A stretch of 46,327 nt of DNA. It comes from a virus. The stretch spans positions 1-46,327 of IMG/VR virus record IMGVR_UViG_3300020152_000031; one strand, 5' to 3'. Below the pieces are notes generated by a model. The model was given only the letters and a program-made list of their open reading frames with translations, made no database searches and had not been told where the DNA came from. Positions 37,886 through 43,976 of the stretch are shown piece after piece (the first letter of the stretch is position 1; the number at the start of each line of letters is the position of its first letter). The position numbers were made by a program, and so were the translations under genes.

Positions 37886-38203
37886 ATGATTACTGAACTC
37901 ACATTGTCGGCAGTGGCCGTCGCGTTCGCTATCAACGTGCTTACCTCGCTCCTCAAGCGCTGGGTATACCCACAGTTTGGTCCGCTTGGCGTGCAGGTGG
38001 TGTGTTTCGTGCTCGCCCTTATCGGCGCATGGTTCTGGCTCTACGGCCGCTTCGTGCCTGAAATTGGCAGCCTCGTCGTATCGGCCCTTGGTCTCTTCTC
38101 ACTCGCAGTGACCATGTACGAGGTTCTTCTCTCGAAGCTCGACTTCTTCAAGGTGAAGACCCCACAGGTGCTCGACGCACGCGAGACGTACCGCGACGCA
38201 TAA
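37886..38203 (+). CDS. holin candidate with 3 TM segments
   Basis: 105 aa with three hydrophobic segments and a charged C-terminus, directly after the endolysin. Confidence 0.55.
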   Translation: MITELTLSAVAVAFAINVLTSLLKRWVYPQFGPLGVQVVCFVLALIGAWFWLYGRFVPEIGSLVVSALGLFSLAVTMYEVLLSKLDFFKVKTPQVLDARETYRDA

Positions 38204-38222
38204 GCGTTCCACGTGAAATGGC

Positions 38223-38252
38223 AACACCCCGGCGCTATGTCCGGGGTGTTTT
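38223..38252. terminator. intrinsic terminator with a 10-bp stem at the end of the plus-strand late block
   Basis: aacaccccgg (38223-38232), an 8-nt loop, ccggggtgtt (38241-38250), then tt. Confidence 0.7.
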
Positions 38253-38382
38253 GCTTGGTACCACTGGGGGTTGGGGGATGAAGAAAATCCTTTTGCTGTA
38301 TGTTGAGCTGACAGCGTATGGCTGGGTACCTGGAGAGGCCACTATCAGTATAGGGGGAAAGTACAGGCCCCAAATAGGGACC

Positions 38383-38402
38383 TGTGGATAAGTTGTGGAT
38401 AA
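38383..38402 (-). promoter_or_regulatory. tandem pair of exact DnaA-box 9-mers spaced 11 bp start to start
   Basis: cCTGTGGATAAgtTGTGGATAAcc contains boxes at 38383-38391 and 38394-38402, inside the 500-nt low-coding gap 38253-38752. Confidence 0.6.
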
Positions 38403-38449
38403 CCACCATGCGTCATCTGGGTGACGGCATGAGATACGACCACCTCCTT

Positions 38450-38575
38450 TCAGATTTTGCGAGGCGCGACCTGCGGACGCGGGAACGGCAGGTTGAGTTG
38501 CCGGAAACGCGGGCCGTGGTAGCAGACCCCTTTCAGGGTGTCCTTGCCGCAGGTAGTGCAGTGGAACAAGCGCAT
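38450..38575 (-). CDS. possible 41-aa Cys-rich peptide
   Basis: AGGGAGG, 5 nt, then ATG. This is the only canonical SD-ATG pair I noticed in the window. The peptide is MRLFHCTTCGKDTLKGVCYHGPRFRQLNLPFPRPQVAPRKI. Confidence 0.25.
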   Translation of the reverse strand: MRLFHCTTCGKDTLKGVCYHGPRFRQLNLPFPRPQVAPRKI

Positions 38576-38752
38576 GCAGTCCTCCCTTGCTATTCCTATT
38601 TTAGTGTAACTCCTTGTTTGTCGCGTGTGATTCTCCACGGTAAAAACCCAGAGCCAGAAGCTCCTCGTCGGTGTGCTCGCATATCCACATCTGCACGTAC
38701 CTTCCAGTTACGAAGTGCCCCTTCTCACATTCGTTGTATGTGTGAGCCACGG

Positions 38753-38820
38753 CACCCCGCCTAGGAATTGAACCTAGCAAGCTCGGTTTTGGAGACCAAG
38801 CCGTACCCAGTACGCGAGGT
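38753..38820 (-). tRNA. tRNA-Trp(CCA)-like element with a truncated D-arm
   Basis: Acceptor ACCTCGC/GCGGGGT, anticodon arm TTGGT-CTCCAAA-ACCGA, and T-arm CTAGG-TTCAATT-CCTAG. Only 14 nt lie between the acceptor and anticodon stems, so the total is 68 nt. Confidence 0.45.
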
Positions 38821-38821
38821 T

Positions 38822-38896
38822 TGGCAGCCACGGCAGGATTCGGACCTGCGACCCTCCGGGTAACAACCGGGCGCTCTACCGCTGAGCTACATGGCT
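38822..38896 (-). tRNA. tRNA-Asn(GTT) with an encoded CCA
   Basis: Cloverleaf folded by hand: AGCCATG TA GCTC-AGCGGTA-GAGC G CCCGG-TTGTTAC-CCGGA GGGTC GCAGG-TCCGAAT-CCTGC CGTGGCT G CCA. Confidence 0.8.
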
Positions 38897-39061
38897 ATAT
38901 TACGAAAGTAACTATCCCGTTAGGGAGACTGAATCGCTTGGCGGAGCCTATACACCACGCGTCCGTGATGGAAGATACCAACGATTCAGTTCCCTAGGCG
39001 CAGTGTTTCCACACTCCAGGGGAGAATTACTCCCCCTAACGAGACAGTACTTGTATTCTTG
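38897..39061 (-). ncRNA. structured spacer RNA of unknown function between the tmRNA and tRNA-Asn
   Basis: There is a long imperfect stem TAGGGAACTGAATCGTTGG / CCAAGCGATTCAGTCTCCCTA and an inner hairpin CATCAC-ggacgc-GTGGTG. A 5' hairpin GGGGAG-taatt-CTCCCC can alternatively pair with CTCCCTAACG (as CGTTAGGGGGAG). Confidence 0.35.
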
Positions 39062-39425
39062 TGGACCTGGGGGGAATCGAACCCCCGTCCCAACACCAGC
39101 CCTACAACCACTCTACATAGCATATCTGACGTACCGCGTCAGCTCGTGTTGCTTGCCGAGCAAGCTGCCCTGCCCATCGTTTGACGATGAAGGCGGGCGG
39201 GTACACCTCCACCAACTGCTAGTGATGCCGCAGTCTGGGATACCAGCAGTATCTGTCCCAGGCCACGCCGTTAGGCTCGCGCGAAAGCAGGGGTTCCGAG
39301 GGAACCAACTGTCGCGAAGAACGGAGAGACGATGCTCTTTGCGTTTGTTTGTGCGACCATCTGTATGTCGCCTCAGTAGCTATGCAGGCTGTAAGGTTCT
39401 AGTGAGGTCAAAGCCAGTCAGGCCC
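39062..39425 (-). ncRNA. ssrA: tmRNA (SsrA)
   Basis: The 5' end GGGCCTGACTGGCTTTGAC pairs with the 3' end CAGGTCC-A, including a G3:U70 wobble. The T-arm is GGGGG-TTCGATT-CCCCC. The candidate tag ORF runs from GCA (39354) after GUC to TAA (39273-39271) and reads AQTNAKSIVSPFFATVGSLGTPAFARA. Confidence 0.8.
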
Positions 39426-39426
39426 G

Positions 39427-39498
39427 TTGCGCAGACCGGAATCGAACCGGTTATCTCCTGGTTATGAGCCAGGCGAGTTACCATCCCTCACCCGCGCT
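39427..39498 (-). tRNA. tRNA-Met(CAT) with initiator-like features
   Basis: AGCGCGG GT GAGG-GATGGTA-ACTC G CCTGG-CTCATAA-CCAGG AGATA ACCGG-TTCGATT-CCGGT CTGCGCA A. It has an A1:A72 mismatch, an A11:U24 pair, and G30-C40 / G31-C39 pairs. Confidence 0.75.
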
Positions 39499-39536
39499 TT
39501 TTTTAGTATACCATCGCACTTTTTACGTTATCCACA
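39499..39536 (-). promoter_or_regulatory. internal promoter candidate for the tRNA-Met / tmRNA transcript (TATACT at 39505-39510, 6 nt before the tRNA 5' end), with an exact box at 39528-39536 in the opposite orientation
   Basis: The minus strand reads TGTGGATAAC gtaaaaagtgcgatgg TATACT aaaaaa followed by the tRNA. Confidence 0.4.
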
Positions 39537-39540
39537 TCTG

Positions 39541-39611
39541 CTGGGACGCAGGGATTCGGACCCCGATTCAGCGGTCCAGAACCGCTTGTCCTACCATTAG
39601 ACGACATCCCA
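39541..39611 (-). tRNA. tRNA-Gln(CTG)
   Basis: TGGGATG TC GTCT-AATGGTA-GGAC A AGCGG-TTCTGGA-CCGCT GAAT CGGGG-TCCGAAT-CCCTG CGTCCCA G. It has a U1:A72 pair, as in bacterial tRNA-Gln. Confidence 0.8.
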
Positions 39612-39615
39612 ATAT

Positions 39616-40011
39616 CTATCGCAGCAACTCGTTGTGCATGCGTGCGACAATTCTATACACATCTCGTGCTTCTTCAAGCGACCGTAGTTCACCTGTGTGG
39701 TACTCATGCCCGAGCTCACGACTGATACGAGCGTATGCCTTCCCGCGTGGCATCCGTCCTGATTCCCACAATGGGTCTAGGAGCGCGTGTATTGCCTTGC
39801 GTGCCTTTAGAAGTTCTGGAGTGGCGATACACCCTAGCGGCCGTGTAGGCTTGCTTGTCTTCCAGTGGCACCCGACATAATTGCCGCATCCATCGCACCT
39901 CCAAAACGGAATGTCATAGAGGTCTGGCCTGTGCGGGTATCGTTCCTTGCCGTTTGTCAGTCGTGCAGAGACGGTAGTGTTGCACCCAACGCAGTAGATA
40001 TCTCTCGTCAT
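39616..40011 (-). CDS. DUF3268-like zinc-finger protein
   Basis: YCVGCNTTVSARLTNGKERYPHRPDLYDIPFWRCDGCGNYVGCH...PLGCIATPELLKARKAIHALLDPLW matches the common phage Zn-finger family pattern. Confidence 0.6.
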   Translation of the reverse strand: MTRDIYCVGCNTTVSARLTNGKERYPHRPDLYDIPFWRCDGCGNYVGCHWKTSKPTRPLGCIATPELLKARKAIHALLDPLWESGRMPRGKAYARISRELGHEYHTGELRSLEEARDVYRIVARMHNELLR

Positions 40012-40015
40012 ACCC

Positions 40016-40506
40016 CTACTCGTTATTGGTAATGTCTCCCTCTCCCTTACGCTCTGGGGTGCTCTCCTCGTTCAACTCGTCTATATGCGGATTCCTCGGA
40101 ATGACGCCGTTCTCAAAGTCAGCGTTGAGATGCCTTCCAGTGAGGTAGAAGTACAGCATATTGGCGCTTATCCAGTACGTGCCGGTGAACGTCTCAGAAT
40201 CGGAGCGAAGAGGTATCTTGTTCATCCCTGCTTGAGACACCATGAGTGCTACTTCCTGCCTCGCCTTCTCGCGTTCCTGGGTGATGAGGTTAGCGAATCC
40301 CCATCGTGCTTGAGCTATGGTGATTACGTCGTTTTCGTACTTGTGAGGAAACTCTTTATCAAACTCCTCCCACTCCTCCGTAGTGGCGGTGTCTTTGTAC
40401 GCGCCTCCACAATTCATGCACTCACCGCTATAGTCACCAAGTACATTGGTTGACTGCTTTGGTTTCTCACAGCACTTCTCGTTGGTGTTGTTGGGGGTTT
40501 GGGTCA
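40016..40506 (-). CDS. hypothetical protein
   Basis: Trimmed to the ATG (MTQTPNNTNEK...), which lies 2 nt after the upstream stop. Confidence 0.55.
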
Positions 40507-40508
40507 TA

Positions 40509-40697
40509 CTACTCTTCAACTAGAAAGTCATTGCGTGGACACACAAGAACAATCCTTTCGTCTCCCCATCGGTCAAAGCGTGTTGCCCTGGAACTGAACC
40601 AAAAGCACAGCTTGAAGAACCACGAGCGTTTTATTGCATCACTTATTTTCATGCGCTCTAGCTCTAGTCCGTGAGTCTCACAGTGTGTTTGCTTCAT
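40509..40697 (-). CDS. hypothetical small protein
   Basis: 62-aa ORF, tightly packed. Confidence 0.45.
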   Translation of the reverse strand: MKQTHCETHGLELERMKISDAIKRSWFFKLCFWFSSRATRFDRWGDERIVLVCPRNDFLVEE

Positions 40698-40700
40698 ACC

Positions 40701-41120
40701 CTAGCTTCCATTAGTTGACTGAGGACGAGGTGCCGGTGCTGGCGCTTGGTAACGTGGTGCCTCTTGAACACGCACGGTACCGTTGGGGTACGCGCGTGCT
40801 GGCATGTTCTGCACACCTCCGTGGTAGCTCACCTCTGCCATGAGGTGGGCCTTGCGACGGTTATGGTAAAGCTCAAGTTCGGTCTCAATTGCCTCCATCA
40901 GACACTGCTTAGAGCGGTCACTCTCCCAGCAGAATGTCATCTCAGAATCAGCTCGAGGGGTGATGTGGACGTAATAGCGTCGCTGCGTATCCTCGTCTTT
41001 GAGCTGAAGGGTTATCTGGCCTTTTATCTGGACGTAGTTCTCGCTCTTGTATGAGCCTCGGTCCTGACCAAACAACACCCTGTGACAATTATCGCACCCG
41101 TATACTTGTACTTTTCCCAT
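40701..41120 (-). CDS. Cys-motif protein (CDNC...C...C), a paralog of 45360..45596
   Basis: GCDNCHRVL...YVQIKGQITLQ...TFCWESDRSKQCLMEAI, followed by a P/A/Q-rich tail. Confidence 0.55.
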   Translation of the reverse strand: MGKVQVYGCDNCHRVLFGQDRGSYKSENYVQIKGQITLQLKDEDTQRRYYVHITPRADSEMTFCWESDRSKQCLMEAIETELELYHNRRKAHLMAEVSYHGGVQNMPARAYPNGTVRVQEAPRYQAPAPAPRPQSTNGS

Positions 41121-41132
41121 ATTATTGTGAAG

Positions 41133-41294
41133 TTACTTATTAGTTTTCGCCGCTGCTTCCAATTCCTCAACTACCTTTCCGATGCTCTTGCCTTCTTTGG
41201 CCGCCCGAATCTTGAGCCTACGGTGAACCTTTGAAGGTACTTTCACCATCTTCTCGTCTGGTTGCCTCTCGGCTGTCTTACTGTTTGCTGTCAT
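41133..41294 (-). CDS. ribbon-helix-helix (Arc/MetJ/CopG-like) DNA-binding protein, 53 aa, below the ORF-track cutoff
   Basis: Hand translation gives MTANSKTAERQPDEKMVKVPSKVHRRLKIRAAKEGKSIGKVVEELEAAAKTNK. V.VP..VH.RLK..A...G.S matches the RHH beta-strand and helix pattern. Confidence 0.6.
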   Translation of the reverse strand: MTANSKTAERQPDEKMVKVPSKVHRRLKIRAAKEGKSIGKVVEELEAAAKTNK

Positions 41295-41300
41295 ATATCT

Positions 41301-41348
41301 ATATTATCATTGGTAAACAAGTTATACAAGTTATCCTTCTGTGGATTC
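41301..41348 (-). promoter_or_regulatory. internal promoter for the RHH gene: degenerate box GAATCCACA (41340-41348), TTGTAT (41324-41329), N17, TAATAT (41301-41306), N6, ATG
   Basis: Counted directly. The arrangement is leaderless. Confidence 0.55.
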
Positions 41349-41768
41349 CTCGCGGAACTGATAGAGCTTGTCAGGCTCTGGCACGTCGATACCGAGCTCA
41401 GCAGCCTCTACGATGACATTTGTGATGAACTCTGCCATCTCGTTGGTGCTCATGTCGGCAGTCGATTTGAGGGTAGTGATTTCCCCTCCCCTCCACTGCT
41501 TGCGCTCCCGTAGGAACTTCGACTTGAATATCTCGTGGAGCTCTTCTGGCGCGTGCCCGGTGTGGTCGCTGATGTACGGATACACTACACCCCATAGGTA
41601 TCCGAGCTGCTCCTGGCTCTTGCTGCGCTTCTTGCGTTCGATGGTGACCACCACGTCGCAGTCTGCAAAGAGCTGCATCATCCCCCGGAACCAGCGCGGA
41701 TTTGCAAGCTCGAGCTTGCCGTCCTTCAGTTGTCCGTAGTGTACGAGGCGTTCAAACTTACGTGCCAT
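41331..41768 (-). CDS. NinB/Orf-like recombination mediator (putative)
   Basis: VVVTIERKKRSKSQEQLGYLWGVV...LKSTADMSTNEMAEFITNVIVEAAELGIDVPEP parallels lambda NinB (VVTIQERNRSLDQNRKLWA...STSRMRVGEFAELLELIQAFG). Confidence 0.45.
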   Translation of the reverse strand: MARKFERLVHYGQLKDGKLELANPRWFRGMMQLFADCDVVVTIERKKRSKSQEQLGYLWGVVYPYISDHTGHAPEELHEIFKSKFLRERKQWRGGEITTLKSTADMSTNEMAEFITNVIVEAAELGIDVPEPDKLYQFREESTEG

Positions 41769-41769
41769 G

Positions 41770-42255
41770 TTAGGAGAATGAGATACCTAGCACTGAGACT
41801 GCCATACCAATTATGGCTGCAAAGACAACGACCTCGAGGAGCGGTAGCGAAGACCAGCGAAAACGAGCACGCGGGTCCTTCTCTATCGTCTGAATGATAG
41901 CGAGGGATGCGATGACTGCCGCATACGGTCCCTTCCGGTGAGCCTGTGTGAAGTCGTCGGCGTACTCACCCAGACACAGCATGCGCCAGCGGTCGGCACG
42001 CAACGCGTTCCACCTCACCATAGCAGGATGCCGCAAGAGCGTTTCATGCGCGTGACGCAATTGCATCTCCCATGGGTTGTCGTAATCGAGCTTCACCTCA
42101 ATTTGAGGCAGTGGGAACAATGACTTGTGGTGCCTGAGGCCCTTCTTGGTGACGAAACGAATCCCGTCATGGGTCAGCACCGCGTTGTCTACTCCCTTGA
42201 GTTTGAGGATGCGAGGGAGGTCAAGCCGCATCTGTTGTTCAGTCCAGTAAGCCAT
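41770..42255 (-). CDS. E2-like (UBC-like) Cys-domain protein with a C-terminal TM anchor, a paralog of the core of 43977..44942
   Basis: HPAMVRWNALRADRWRMLCLGEYADDF aligns without gaps to HLNAHWGCNGDAFEWDDLCLGGYADGF. The C-terminal LLEVVVFAAIIGMAVSVLGI is hydrophobic. Confidence 0.4.
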   Translation of the reverse strand: MAYWTEQQMRLDLPRILKLKGVDNAVLTHDGIRFVTKKGLRHHKSLFPLPQIEVKLDYDNPWEMQLRHAHETLLRHPAMVRWNALRADRWRMLCLGEYADDFTQAHRKGPYAAVIASLAIIQTIEKDPRARFRWSSLPLLEVVVFAAIIGMAVSVLGISFS

Positions 42256-42258
42256 AAG

Positions 42259-42921
42259 CTAATTCTCTTTGATGAATATGCTGGTTGCAGCATCGTAAAT
42301 AATGCGGCTCGGGATAGAGCGGTTCTGCATCAGAATCTTCTTGACGTTGTTCGCCATGAGACCTGCACAGATGTTTGCAGTGTACGCCGTGAAGCGTGCG
42401 CCGCACGGGTCCTCATCCCCAGCCGGTGGAATCTGAGCAAGCCATGCCTCTGCGTTAGGGAAGTAATACACCTCCACCTGCTCTGCGCCCACGCGCCCAT
42501 CCACAATCGGCACTTCTATGCCTTTCTCAATAAGAAGCTCTGCAATCGCGCGGCGTGCATCCAGGCTATCAACTGCCGACACGATGATGTCGTACGTGCT
42601 GCCCTCCTTGAGCTCAAACATTTCAGCGTAGACCGCGTGTGCGTTGTCAGGCTGAATGTGTAAGAGTTGGTCGAGCACCGCATCTACCTTGTTACGTCCG
42701 ATGTCAGATGCGCCATAGGTCTGTGTTGCGAGGTTATGCTCCTCGACCGTGTCGTGGTCGAAAAGTGTCATGGGTACCTGCATGCGTGCCAAGGTGTGTG
42801 CAAGGTGGGAACCGATGGTTCCGACACCTACCACTGCGACCTTCTTGTTCTGGTACTGTGACGGGTCGTAAATCATTGTGTGGCGCATGCCGTTGAGAGG
42901 TTTGACGAGAGAAGTAGACAT
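42259..42921 (-). CDS. ThiF/MoeB/E1-like adenylating (ubiquitin-activating-like) enzyme
   Basis: Trimmed to the ATG with the conserved leader (aaacacaatATG; MSTSLVKPL...). The motifs are KKVAVVGVGTIGSHLA, LFDHDTVEEHNLATQ and VSAVDSLDARR. Confidence 0.75.
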   Translation of the reverse strand: MSTSLVKPLNGMRHTMIYDPSQYQNKKVAVVGVGTIGSHLAHTLARMQVPMTLFDHDTVEEHNLATQTYGASDIGRNKVDAVLDQLLHIQPDNAHAVYAEMFELKEGSTYDIIVSAVDSLDARRAIAELLIEKGIEVPIVDGRVGAEQVEVYYFPNAEAWLAQIPPAGDEDPCGARFTAYTANICAGLMANNVKKILMQNRSIPSRIIYDAATSIFIKEN

Positions 42922-42932
42922 ATTGTGTTTGG

Positions 42933-43958
42933 TTAGTTGATTCCGTAAGTAAGTTCTGTCAGGCGCGCCTGTGCATCGACGAGTTGCTCCTTTAGCCATG
43001 AGTACTCATCGTCATCAGTGGCGTTGGTCTGCTCGTAAATGCGCATCTGTTCAGTGATGCCTGCGATGTAGCGACGTAGCTCGTTTGGGTCTGACACGGC
43101 AGACAGGTCATACGTATCAACGATTACGTCGTCGTTTGCCTCGTCGCTTTCGTTTGCCGTGTCGTCGAGTTTTCCCATGCGTGAGAGCTCATCCCAAGTA
43201 ATGTTGTAGCTCTTGTACCCGCTCTGGTAGATGATGTAGGGGTCTCCGTCTTCATCCATCGCGACCACACCACCCATGTGCTTTATAGAGGTCAGTTTGT
43301 GCCCAGGAGGAACCTCAATAGAATCAAGGTCATACCCGCTGTAAGCGCCAAACCCAAGATTAGCCTGCGGCTGGTAGGAGCTGGGAGTGTAGCGAAAGCT
43401 CTTTTGCTCTACCTTTGCCTTCACCTCCTCGCGGATGTCATCAGGAATGATGAGCGGCTTATCTTCTTCCTCCACCTCGCGATGACACGTAGGACAGAGC
43501 TCTGGCTCCGGCTCCTCGACCACGATTTCCATATCCTCGTGCGTAAGACGGAACGGGCGGTACGTATCCATACGAGCCTCGCGGTCGCGCCTCTTGTTGA
43601 CCACGAGCGACACAAGCCAGTCGAACTCGTCAGAGCCGTCGATGGTGCCGGTGTCAGTGCCAGAGAAGAACGCCTGCATGTCGTTGTGCGAGTGCCACCA
43701 GAGACGCCACTTGGAAGGAGACTTGCCCGCTTTGATAAGGTCCATCTGGAACTTTGCGAGTGCCTCACTCGAGAGGTCTGCGGTACCGCCGGTCACCTTC
43801 TGTTCGTAGATGGCAATTTCCGTGACGGTTATCTCGCCGGTCTCCTGGTTGTACTCGACGGCACCCATGCCAGCGATTTCAGAAGGGACAGACTGCACAT
43901 ACTGGTTGAGGCGCTCCTCGATGTGCTTTGGGATAATGAGTTTTGGTTTGGTAAGCAT
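42933..43958 (-). CDS. JAB/JAMM (MPN+) metalloprotease with a roughly 200-aa C-terminal extension
   Basis: PSEIAGMG is the upstream Glu motif, and WWHSHNDMQAFFSGTD matches HxHx7Sx2D. Confidence 0.8.
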   Translation of the reverse strand: MLTKPKLIIPKHIEERLNQYVQSVPSEIAGMGAVEYNQETGEITVTEIAIYEQKVTGGTADLSSEALAKFQMDLIKAGKSPSKWRLWWHSHNDMQAFFSGTDTGTIDGSDEFDWLVSLVVNKRRDREARMDTYRPFRLTHEDMEIVVEEPEPELCPTCHREVEEEDKPLIIPDDIREEVKAKVEQKSFRYTPSSYQPQANLGFGAYSGYDLDSIEVPPGHKLTSIKHMGGVVAMDEDGDPYIIYQSGYKSYNITWDELSRMGKLDDTANESDEANDDVIVDTYDLSAVSDPNELRRYIAGITEQMRIYEQTNATDDDEYSWLKEQLVDAQARLTELTYGIN

Positions 43959-43976
43959 AATTGTATTTGTTAGTGA

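Noticed and set aside
38384-38764. 126-aa plus-strand ORF, and the 76-aa minus-strand ORF 38601..38831, in the gap next to the tRNAs.
   Set aside because: Both run into tRNA sequence. They start at non-ATG codons or inside the DnaA-box pair, and their composition is Arg/Pro-rich. I treated the region as non-coding or regulatory, with one low-confidence micro-ORF.
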